DNA from: Octopus sinensis | Taxonomy: Eukaryota | Length of the DNA stretch: 64,000 nucleotides | Assembly: GCF_006345805.1 (NCBI RefSeq) | Contig: NC_043017.1 | Location: 15,810,001-15,874,000, forward strand | Direction of reading: 5' to 3' | Part shown: positions 37,766-49,364 of the stretch, in pieces | How the letters are laid out: each line of letters starts with the position of its first letter | Position numbering within the stretch: position 1 is the first letter of the stretch | Made by a program: the position numbers and the translations under genes | The notes under the pieces: model-generated | Told to the model about the DNA's origin: nothing | The model's input: the letters and a program-made list of their open reading frames with translations, nothing else | Database searches by the model: none

Positions 37766-38663
37766 TAAGGGGTTGATCAACCCTTTAGCATTTAAACTGG
37801 CCAAGATATCCTGCCTGTCTTATTACTAAACTGGCCAGCTCTGGCCTCTCACATTAACCCTACAATGTCATTCTAAAAAGCAACAGTTACCTCTTGAAAA
37901 TCTCATAGCTACAAGATTAATGCCTGATTAATACAAGACAACGAGAATAAATAAGCATTCCTTATGAAAGAATAATCTGAATTCTTAAGGGTTTAATGGC
38001 TTGTGGGGTCTGTGCAAGCTATGTACAGTAATGTAGTCAGCTGAGTGAGGGTCAGTAATGAGAAAAGCAATGAATTTAACATGCGGGTATGGGTTCATGA
38101 GGGCTCACTCCTCATGATACGACTCCCTTTTTACCTTCTGTTGCTGCTAGTCACCACTCCAGCCTCTGACATCCACCCCTCTCTCTCTCTCTCTCTCTTC
38201 CTTATCACCAGTCATGTAGTCTCTTCCATTACCCTCTGCCCCTACTGCCTCTCCCATTAAACTCTACCATCACTCTCTCTTTTCCATTACTCCTCCTGGC
38301 TCTGTCTCTTCCACTTTTCCTTTCTCATTCATCTATGACATCCACTCTCCCTTCTACCCACTTTAGGGGTCATCTTGTCTCAAACAAACTGCAATAACAC
38401 AGTGACCAGTGGTAAGGATCCCTTTTTCTAGTTGCGAAATTCACAGCAACCCCTCTAGTACCAGTGTTTTGATAAACTGCACCCAGTACACTCTGTAAAA
38501 TGGTTGGTGTTTAGAAGGGAATCCAGCTGTAGAAGCTAAAGGAGAAAGGAGCCCCGTGGGTGACACATGGCTCATGTAGTCAAAGAGGGCCAGAAGACCC
38601 GAATAAAACTGGGCTGACCCCTTCAGTCTTTGTTGATGCAGTTCGATGGAAAGTGGATGATGG

Positions 38664-38707
<44 letters not shown>

Positions 38708-38938
38708 ATATATAAACAGAAGAAAGAGACAGAAAAACCAAGACTCAGAGGAAATATATCTCAAGGTAGGTATCTATGTGTGCATGTTGGAGGGATAACA
38801 CACACACACACACACACACGCACACACACACACACGTATATATAAACTCATATAAACATATGTACATATATGTATGTATGTATGTATACAGATGAGGTAT
38901 ACATACACATATATATATATATATACATATACACATGT

Positions 38939-38981
<43 letters not shown>

Positions 38982-39251
38982 CAGATAGACAGACAGACAG
39001 ATAGACAGGCAGACAGGTAGACAGATAGACAGGCAGACAGACAGACAGACAGACAGATAGATAGATAGAGGTAAAAAAGAAAATGATATAAAAAGTGAGA
39101 GATAAAGAAAAAATGTTGAGAAAAAGAGAGATGAGATATAAGATAGAGAAACAGAAAGAAAGAAAGAGTGAAAGAGATAAATATAAAGAGAGAGAGACAG
39201 AGACGTAGAAAGAGAGAGGCGGGGGGGAGAAGTAGAAAGACAACAAAGACT

Positions 39252-39356
39252 GGGCGGAAGAATAGAAAAAAAGCGAGCGACCTTGACCTTTGAGTTGAAT
39301 CGAGATCGAGGCTGAGTGAGTGATGACGTCAGAGAGGGGTGTTAATTGATCAGTTG
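39252..39356 (+). promoter_or_regulatory. Putative core promoter of the taperin-like gene
   Basis: GGGCGGAAG (39252), a TGACCT-T-TGAGTT nuclear-receptor-like repeat (39284-39296), a palindromic CRE TGACGTCA (39324-39331) and an Inr-like TCAGTT (39350-39355). It lies about 460 nt upstream of the ATG. Confidence 0.5.
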
Positions 39357-39812
39357 GAGACAGAGCCTGGTGGAAGCAGCAGCAGTAGCGTAGCAGTAGT
39401 AGTCAGATATATACACACATATATACACCTCCTCTCTCTTTTTATTTAACTGAACCACCACCACATTGTCGGACTATATATATATATACACTCACTCTCT
39501 CTCAGCCACGGAGACCCTATTTACTCGGACTTTTATTTATTTCCTCGTTCTTATGAAATTTCCTTCCCTCCTTATCTCGTTTTTCTTCACATCCGACAGT
39601 CGAGTGGACGTGTGTGTTTAATTCATTCTTGCTGTATGTATGTGTGTGTGTGTGATAGTGTGTGAGTGAGTGTGTGAATGTGTGTGCGAGTATGGATGTA
39701 TGTGTGTGTGAGTGAGTAATTGGTTCCGGAAAGGAAGAACTGGAATTTTGTGTGTTTTGTTCTGTCTTGAGAAAGAAAAAAAAAATTAATAATAAAGGGG
39801 GAGGGGAAAAAG

Positions 39813-41870
39813 ATGGATGCTATACCCGAATTTCCGAAACTCGTTGTGGAGAAGAAACGTGCGTACGAGGCGGAGGAAAGGGAGCAACAATCTCCCTCCT
39901 GTGGTAGAGACATTAGTATTGGTGATGGTGTCGTTGGTGGTGATATGAAGTCATCTTCTTCCTCCACTTGTCAGTATTCAACATGGAAACAGAAGCGAAA
40001 GCTAAACCACAATGATACAAACAGTGACGGGGCTCAGGTGAAATCCCCAAACTCAAAGTATAGCCCTCATAGCAACGACGGTTCTCTACCATCTCCGGGG
40101 ATGACTAGTCCGATTTCGTTTGCGACCACCACAACGAATTCTGATGGCAGCCGTGATGCGGGAGAGAAGCTGGTCGATGATGATCGCATCATACCAGTCC
40201 ATGATAATCCGTTTTTTGTCAAAGACGGCAGGAGAAGTCTGGACAGAAGAGATATGAACGGCTCCTTGGATTACCACAATGACGAAACCATCAACAACCG
40301 CCAGGACATATCAAATTTCCGAGACGACACGGATATGGAGTACCATCCTGGATCCGGATTTGTTAGCCGTTTAAAGGATAAATTTTCATCATTAGGTGCC
40401 AGAGAAGATGTAACTGTGTTGCGCCCGAAAAGATCTTCCAGTTTTGAAAATCTGTTGGATGGTAGACCGAAATCACATAATGGTGGGGACTTAGGTCTGA
40501 CGGACACAAGGCGGAAATTCCGAGACGGCCGCGCTGTGAGCGTTGAAAATTTGAACCACACCATGGATAAAAGCTCTACTTCTCCAAACCTGGTGCTCGA
40601 TTTGAAATTAGCGAAACAAGGAAGTAGCGACAGTGGCAGTGACATTAGGAACACAAACAAAGACCGGGAAACTGTGGTGCCAGAGAAAAGCCCGACCATT
40701 CATCCGCTTTCTCCGTCTCCAAGTTTTGATGCTAAACCCCACATTAGTGTCATATCCGCTGCAGCCAATGATGAAAACAAAAACGTAGATGAATTGCCGA
40801 AACCCAATACAGTTTCGTCGTTTCGAAGTTTATTTGAGAATTCTGCTAACAATGATACGGTGATAATGAAACCCAAGGGTAAGACCACACCGGCCCCTGT
40901 GAAACCTGTAAATTCTACTACACCTGAAACATTAATATCACCAAATAAAAAAGAAAGTAAAGCTGCCCTTGTTGCAACTAAACCTGCACCACCACCACCT
41001 CCGAAAGAAAGGAACCACGAAGCATCTGTTAAAAAACCTGAAGTTGCAAAACGTACGGTGTTGGAACAGAAGAATTCCGGAATTGCTGAAAATAACTCAA
41101 GTTCTTTAGAAAAGGACAGTTCCAGTGTTAAGACAACTGCTAAGCAGGCAACACCAAGTTTACCCCTAACATCACACATTTCATCTTCACCCACTTTAGA
41201 GACATCCTCTTCGTCGCAGATTAATCAAGTATCGGACTCCAAGAGAGTGGCACCAGTTGTTCCTGCTGAAAATGACCACCACTCGGTGTCTGAAAGTAAA
41301 GAAAACACAAGACCGTCTAGTGATACAAATGCTGAATTTCATAACCGCGGGCTCCCTTCGATTCTTATGAGAAAAAACACCGATGATTCCGGAGAACTTG
41401 GCCAGGTGGTCCTGCGGAAGGTGAAACCTAGGATCTTGGAAGATGATGACGAACTTAAAGGTAGAATTACTTATTATCCAGCTGGTCTTAACAAAACGAC
41501 AAATTCTTCGTCTTCCGAAGAACCGACACCAAAGATGAGGCATCCACCTCTTGTGACAGGCATCAGCGGTATTGGTAACACTGATCTGTGGGGTGAAGAG
41601 GACGATGAAGATATTTTCTATGCAGACGGTGAGGTGATTGAGAAAGATGTGGAAGATAACCGACACATCATTATCACAGACTCTATGTTGAAGAAAAATC
41701 CCAATGCGGGTACTTTGACACACTTGGATTTATCACATCTTACCAATGACGGCGGCCAGGAACACCAGGAAGGCTATATTCCTTCCAAAATTGGGCCTTG
41801 TAAGATACAATTCATTGGAGCAAATGTCAAACTTGACAGAAGCTGTATAATAAAGAATAAAACATCAAAG
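39813..41870 (+). CDS. Taperin/phostensin (TPRN/PPP1R18)-like protein, first coding exon (686 aa, mostly low-complexity/disordered); gene continues beyond a long intron
   Basis: aagATGg start, a 2058-nt open frame and a strong donor AAG|gtgagt (phase 0). The N-terminus IPEFPKLVVEKKRAYE resembles recalled phostensin/taperin N-termini (IPDWKLQLLARRR / VPAWKREILERKR). The exon end FIGANVKLDRSCIIKNKTSK resembles the taperin segment just before the KISF PP1-docking motif. Confidence 0.75.
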
Positions 41871-43532
41871 GTGAGTGAGTGATTTCAGGGGCCTTGCCCT
41901 TTCTTCTTCTATGTACACTTCTGTGAGTATGTGTATAATATATATTTGGGGAAATATATGCATATGTATGTATTTATAAATATATCTGTATATATGTGTG
42001 TATGTTGATGTATGTATATGTATTATGTTCTAGTTTTCATTCTGAAGATCAATTTGATATTTATCTTATAGAGTCACTGTATATCTGTATATATTTTATT
42101 GACAATTTTATCTGTGAATGTAAGACACTGAACATAGTAAATTGCCGGATTAAGCATATTTTCCTATTGACTTACGCCCCCTTTCTTCCAGATTAACCCT
42201 CCTCCTTCAATATTTCCAATAACTATTGTTTAAATACCAGTGATTAAGGCGGCCCCTTGTCATTTATTCCTACCAGTGTTCGGTTTAACTGTTCAATCTT
42301 ACGTCAGCTCAGCCCTGGTCCGGTCGGCTATCTATGAAGAAAAACGATTATATTAACCAGACTTCTTTATTTAAGACAGTCCGGTGTAATATTGTCTGTT
42401 ATTATTAGCAGGTGGAATGACCACGTCGTAGCTCTGTCTCTCTCTGGTGCGGGATGTGACTGATGTGTGGACGGCGGTATCAAAGTTTCAATTAAGTTGT
42501 TAAGGATGTCTGGAATGGCATGAAGGTCACCGACCCATCCCATTAGACAAAAAGGATAGTGTTGGGACAAACAGAAAATAGTCTCACTTCCTGTTCGCTC
42601 CTCTCATGGCCCTCCCTTCCTAAATCGCTGACCGATCAGCTATTTTGCTGACATTAACTGTGATAATAATCCTCATAATTAGGACCCAACTGATTATAAT
42701 TGCCTATAATTAAATCTTATTCCGTCAATCACACACACTGCACCTCTGTTGAACCAACCAGTGTAGACGTACAACCTGCTAAAAATAACAGTCAAGATTC
42801 CCTCTCAAGTCACGCCACACTATTGAAAAAAGGATGGACATAAGAGTCCAAGACATCCCCCTCTCCTCGTTCCGGAAAAGTCGGGATAGAATTCTTTTAA
42901 TTATAATTCTGCTCGGTCCAGGGACAATTAATAATTGTGTTAATTCTAAAGCAGAAACTCTCTTCCAAGTTAACAGATATCGAGTTCAAATTTAACTTTA
43001 GGTTGTATTCTACCCTTGGACAGCTACATTTTATAACTGCGGGTATGTAACCATTGTGTCTAGAACCAAGTCTACCTCACGGGTTTTAAGGGATCAGCAA
43101 GGACTACTTTATTTATTATGGTTTTTCCTTAAATGTTTTTGAAAGGGTTGGTCGTGATTTTGAGAAAGGTTTGGATATTATTTCTAGCGGATCGACCGAC
43201 CGCGTGGAGGCTCCCCATACATGTATGTGTGTGTGTATATATAGTGTGTGTATGCATACATATGTATATATATATATATGTTGTGTGTATGGGTTATGTA
43301 CTTTCTATACATTGTGTAAACACAATCACAAACGGCTATATTTGTGTGGAGTTGTGTTAATATGTGCTTTTCCTTCCTTGAGTCTTTATATATGTATATA
43401 TATAAGCAGTCAAATGTGTGTTTCGTTTATTGTATGTGATACAGCATTCACACCCTTCCCTCCTTTTTACAGAAAACACATGACGCATCACTGCTCTCCC
43501 CCACTACACACACACACACACACACTATATAT

Positions 43533-43566
<34 letters not shown>

Positions 43567-43746
43567 GTGATATTACGAGGCGATTCCTGGTAGTTATCAC
43601 CACAAGCATGCAATAGTATTAAAAATCAAAATAGGGGTACATCCAGCATATAACGTACCCTCTTCGCAGTTGTCTCTCAGTGATATTGCAGATCTATAGT
43701 GAAATTTAGTTTCATTTCTATCTATCTGTCTATCTATCTATCTATC

Positions 43747-43797
<51 letters not shown>

Positions 43798-43890
43798 TAT
43801 ATCGGAGGTAAAGTATACGTACACCACCAGTTTTCGGCGTAACAAAAACCTTAACCCTGACACCGGGTGTAAGTATTTTTTACCTTCGCC

Positions 43891-43921
<31 letters not shown>

Positions 43922-44213
43922 TATATATATATGCTTGTGTGTGTGTATATATATACATACACACAAGTATACATACAAACACACAAGCATATATATGTGT
44001 GTACAGCGAAATATTCATTGTGCTATAAATTAGAGCTTATATATTTATTTGTATGCACAGACACACTCTATATTCTTTAAATTGTGAAATATTTCTCACA
44101 CACACGTTTAATAAAATTATACGAGCAGTCCTCTCTCTAGGACGAACTCTCGACACCAGCTTTCCCCCTGGTTATTAACGGCCTTCTAAAGTCTCCCCGG
44201 GTTCGTTCTGGGC

Positions 44214-44277
<64 letters not shown>

Positions 44278-44304
44278 CGTTTTTAACTCTCCCCAGACAC
44301 AACA

Positions 44305-44342
<38 letters not shown>

Positions 44343-44370
44343 CGTTTTTAACTCTCCCCAGACACAACAG

Positions 44371-44405
<35 letters not shown>

Positions 44406-44432
44406 GTTTTTAACTCTCCCCAGACACAACAG
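44278..44432. repeat. Three identical 28-bp units (cgtttttaactctccccagacacaacag) separated by (TA)n tracts
   Basis: Copies at 44278-44305, 44343-44370 and 44405-44432. Confidence 0.9.
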
Positions 44433-44440
44433 TATATATA

Positions 44441-44486
<46 letters not shown>

Positions 44487-44593
44487 CAGAGAGAGGTACC
44501 TTAATAGAGGTTTAACCACTAGGTTTAATTATCAAAAGCTTATTAAACATAGCTGAATTTATTCACAATTTCTTTCACACACGTCGTGTTTAG

Positions 44594-44624
<31 letters not shown>

Positions 44625-44910
44625 GGCTTGTATATGTTTAGGTTTAACACAGACTAGAGGAAAAAAGAAAAATATATATATAATATCGCTATAGCAGGAC
44701 GTATTTAATTTAGGTGTGTGCATTTAATATATAGTAGTATATATTAAATGTAGCAGTGTGTATTAATTTGTAATGGTGTCTATTTAATATGTAGTCATAT
44801 TTATTTAATATTCGGTGGTGTGTTTGAAGTTAATCCTTCATGTTGTTGCTTCTGCTCTGGTTTTCCTCGTTCCGCATTCTTGGTTCAGTGTTTAAGAAAC
44901 ATAAAGCTGT

Positions 44911-45467
44911 TGCACACACACACACACACACGCGCACTTTCCTTTCTCTCATACACACACGCGCACTTTCCTTTCTCTCTCTCTCTCTCACACTGACACA
45001 CTCCTCTTTCTTTCTCTCTCAATCATACTCATATACCCACATACGTTTTCCGTTTTACAAACGAGAAAGAGGGAGCACTCAATACATGTTATAGAGTATA
45101 TATATTTATATGAACGAAGCTGGTGAGTCAACCAACCAATCGTACTCAGAGTTTCTCGCGCAATGCGATTCTTCAGGCGACAACAAAACACACACACACA
45201 CACACACACGCGCACTTTCCTTTCTCTCATACACACACGCGCACTTTCCTTTCTCTCTCTCTCTCTCACACTGACACACTCCTCTTTCTTTCTCTCTCAA
45301 TCATACTCATATACCCACATACGTTTTCCGTTTTACAAACGAGAAAGAGGGAGCACTCAATACATGTTATAGAGTATATATATTTATATGAACGAAGCTG
45401 GTGAGTCAACCAACCAATCGTTACTCAGAGTTTCTCGCGCAATGCGATTCTTCAGGCGACAACAAAA
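44911..45467. repeat. Near-identical tandem duplication of about 278 bp, bounded by (CA)n
   Basis: 44932 aligns to 45210 (period 278). The only non-microsatellite difference seen is aatcgtactc vs aatcgttactc. Confidence 0.9.
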
Positions 45468-46280
45468 CACACACACACACACACACACACCTATATGTAT
45501 GTGTATTTATCTCTTTCATTCAACTTTCTATCCTTGTTCCTGACCTGTGATTCTAAATACACTCAAAGAGAACGAGAACTTGAGAGAACATTAATGGTTG
45601 AAGTGAGTTAAAACAGGTTCTGTTTCAAAAAAGGGTCAGGTCTGTAGAATGAGAAGCAGAGAGAGAGATTACCACCACAATCTACATACAACCAGCTACT
45701 ACTGCTATATACTATGTGGTGAGTCTCCCCCTCCCCCCTCGACAGTCAATGCAGCATTAAACCCCCCCTTATTCTCTCTCTCCTCCTCCTCTTTTACTCT
45801 CATTCTCTATCTCATAACATTTGTTAACAGTACACATGTGTCAAAGAACATCCCTGCCCCACCCCCTCCCTCCAGTTCTCCTCCCCGCCCTCTCTGCCAC
45901 CGCAATGCCCCCTATCTCTCTCTCCTCCCCACACACCGCTCGCCCCTGCTGCTTGTCGGGTTGGTTATATAAGACAGTCGCTCACCCGCCCCTACCACAA
46001 CCATATATCTACCCCAACTCGTTTGGCTGTCTTCTGGGTTTTTTTAAATCTTACCCATTCAACGTCTACCCGGTTCTATTCTCTGACGCCACCCTTTACA
46101 TAAAGCCTACACACAGTTTTTAAATAAAAATATTTTTCTTTTTCTTTTTTTCAAATCGTTGTTTGACTTTCTGTCTTTCATCTTGAATCGATCAAACGAT
46201 TTACTGTTAGTAATACTGAGGTTTATTTTTATCGATCATATCCCTCCCCCTTCCAGAGTTTGTGGTTTTGTGAGTTCAGT

Positions 46281-47750
46281 TACGGTTCTTCATGTTCTAA
46301 GTTCGAATCTCGCCGAGGTCAAATTTGCCCTTTATTCTTTTGAGTCAATAAAATAAAATACCAGTTGCGCACTGGACTAGCCCCTCCCCTCAAAATTCCA
46401 GGCCTTGTGCCTTCTGTAGAATGAATTATTATTGTTATTACTGTGTTGTTTATTGTCCTTAATGCCTTAGGCCCTTGTGGCCAATAAAAAAAATCTCTTA
46501 ATATTATTATTGGCAGAATCGTTAGCATGCTGGGCAAAGTGATGCAAAGCATTTTGTCCATCCTTACGTTCTGAGTTCAAATTCCACTGAAGTCAACTTT
46601 GCTTTTCATCCTTTTGGGGGTCAATGAAATAAGGACTAGTAGAACACTGGGGTCGATTACATCGACCCCAGTGCTCCACTGGTACTTATTATCAGGCCCT
46701 TAGTAGAAAGGATTATTATTAAGGCAGCGAGCTGGCAGAAACGTTAGCAGGCCAGGCAAAATGCGTAGCCGTATTTCGTCTGCCGTTACATTCTGAGTTC
46801 AAATTCCGCCAAGGTCGACTTTGCCTTTCATCCTTTCGGGGTCAATAAATTAAGTACCAGTTATGCACTGGGGTCGATGTAATCGACTTTATCCGTTTGT
46901 CTGTCCTTGTTTGTCCCCTCTGTGTTTAGCCCCTTGTGGGTAGTAAAGAAATAGGTATTTCGTCTGCCACTACGTTCTGAATTCAAATTCCGCCAGGGTT
47001 GACTTTGCTTTTCATCCGTTCAGGGTTGATTAAATAAGTACCAGTTACGCACTGGGATCGTTGTAATTGACTTAATCCTGTCTCCCAAATTTGAGGCCTT
47101 GTGTTTCCAGTAGAAAGGATTATTATTATTATTATTGAGGCTTCGAGCTGGCTGAATCCAGATGCCGGATGAAATGCTTAAGCAGGGTTTCATCTGCTGC
47201 TACATTCTGAGTTCAAATTCCGCTGAGGTCGACTTTGCCTTTCATCCTTTTGCGGTTGATAAAATTAGTACCAGTTGAACACTGGGGTCGATGTAATCAT
47301 CTCATCCCCATCTTCCCCAAACTGTCCTTGTGGCAAAAATTTGAGATAATTATTATTAAGGCCCCAAACTAGCAGAATTGTTGTTTCGTTGGCCAAAATG
47401 CTTAGCAGCATTTTTGTAGTCTAAGTTGAAATTCTGTCATGGTCAACTTTGTCTTTCATTCTTTTGAGGTCGATAAAATAAGTACCAGTCATGTGCTGGG
47501 GTCGATTGCGTCAACTTAACCCCACTCACCCTGAATTGCTGGCAGAATCGTTAGCACACTGGGCGAAATGCTTAGTAGTATTTCACCCATCACTTTGTTC
47601 AGAGTTCAAATTCCACTGAGCTTGACTTTGCCTTTCATCCTTTTGGGGGTCGATAAATTAAGTACCAGTGAAACACGGGGGGATCAATATAATCGATTGT
47701 TCCCCTCTCCCAAATTTCAGGCCTTGTGCCTTTCGTAGAAAGGATTATTA
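46281..47750 (+). mobile_element. Head-to-tail cluster of about 7 co-oriented tRNA-derived SINE copies
   Basis: Recurring gttc(t/a)gagttcaaattcc...gactttgcctttcatcc...aagtaccag...ctggggtcgat modules near 46290, 46560, 46790, 46970, 47200, 47420 and 47595, mostly separated by gaaaggattattatt tails. Confidence 0.85.
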
Positions 47751-49064
47751 AAAGCTAGCTATACAAGTAGAAGGTTCACTTTCTCAGTCAGGTTAAGGTC
47801 ACTACTAGCGACTTGGATGACTTTAGTTATGTCCCTTTTATGGGTTCAAATCCCACTAGGTCGATAATAATATATTCCAGGAGAGTACTGTGGGTCAATT
47901 GAATTGACAAAGCCTTACTTCAAAATTCTTGCCCTTTGTCGCCTAAGAGTGCCATTTTCGTGTGTGTGTTTATGTAAGCTCTGTGGTATTCTGTGATATA
48001 TAGTACCTCATGTGTATATATATGAGGTACTGTATATAAGGTGTACAATAGCTGTGTATATAGTTTTGGGGGTTTGGTTATCTACTCATTGATCTCTTTT
48101 AATCATTCCCAAGAGACTTTTAATTATGGAGGTTTTACAATGTACCACAGGGCCATACCATTGTATTACCTAACACCATACCACTGGAACTCTACCATTT
48201 GTTGTATCCCTCTCTGTCACCTACCACTGGGCCATACTACTGTGATAAATCTCCTTAGCACCATCTCTTACCCTCCATCATGTGGGCTACAGAACTAGGT
48301 TGCCACCCACCATCTGCAAACCAAGGGGGGACCCCACACCAGCAGTTTCCAAACTTTTACCTTAAGGACTTCTTCTGACAAACCAACAATATTTTGTGAC
48401 CCTTAAAAAAATATTTCATTGGGGACACCCTTGACATTTTATGGATTTTCTTGGAGAAATGGTCCCTGGTTTTTGTTTATAGTAAATGCTGTGTTTTGGC
48501 CCATATGCCTGTCTATCATATGTTGTGTAACATAAACATTTTGTATTTTATCTTTGTGATCCTTTCAGTGACCAAGTGTAGGTGTTGACCCTTAGTATCA
48601 AGAACTGCTGCTCTATGTGGACTGTTGGCCTCTTAGAAACAACAGTCACATTTGTCACAAATCACACACAGTTATCTTAAAAAAGGAAGGACATACTAAA
48701 CAAAGTCTTAGACATAAACTTGATGGGACAGTCAAGGTTGGAACATCAATGGAAAATGACCTGTAGTTAAACAAAATGAACAGTTTTAGTCACTAACTGC
48801 TGTAATAATATCACATTGTGTAATGTAGTCTTTGATACACTATGTCTGAAGAAAGATGGGATGGTCATAACAAGAACGTCTTTGATCTTGTCTGTTGGGT
48901 CAGCTTAGACATGGAGTTAAGATTCAACAGTTTGCAGTTCTTAACCATTTTGTTACAATATTTCTGGTTTTAATTAATTTCGAAAATAATGAAGAATTTC
49001 GTAAAAGAATTTTGTCATTTTTAAGATGGTGTTTGAAATTTTGAAGGAAGGTTTTAATTTAAAT

Positions 49065-49364
49065 CAGTGGTTCTCAGCTGGGGTCCATATAAGATTTTTG
49101 GGGGTCCAAGCTAGCAAACTAGTAAATTTGGGATCCACAGTCGTATATGAAGGGTCCACACAATAAGTTTCAATTTTGATGTGTTTTCTGCAAGAAACAG
49201 CTAAATTTCTGGTTCAAACGTTTTACATAATCCAATTTAGAAAGAAGTTTCTATAAAACTGGTTTCTAAACATTGAATGGCTATGGGGTTCCACCAGAAT
49301 GAAATAGTAATCAAAGGGGGTCCATAGGTAAAAAAATAATAATAATAATGGTTGAGAATTATTG
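49065..49364. mobile_element. Older hAT-type MITE, 300 bp
   Basis: Ends cagtggttctca / tgagaattattg; 8-bp TSD atttaaat / atgtaaat (1 mismatch). Confidence 0.7.

Noticed and set aside
40271-41723. Three minus-strand ORFs (142, 164 and 175 aa)
   Set aside because: Antisense shadows of the 686-codon plus-strand exon, with no independent motifs or splice support.
44278-44432. CRISPR array (28-bp repeats with spacers of about 35 nt)
   Set aside because: The spacers are (TA)n rather than unique sequence, there are no cas genes, and the context is a spliced eukaryotic locus.
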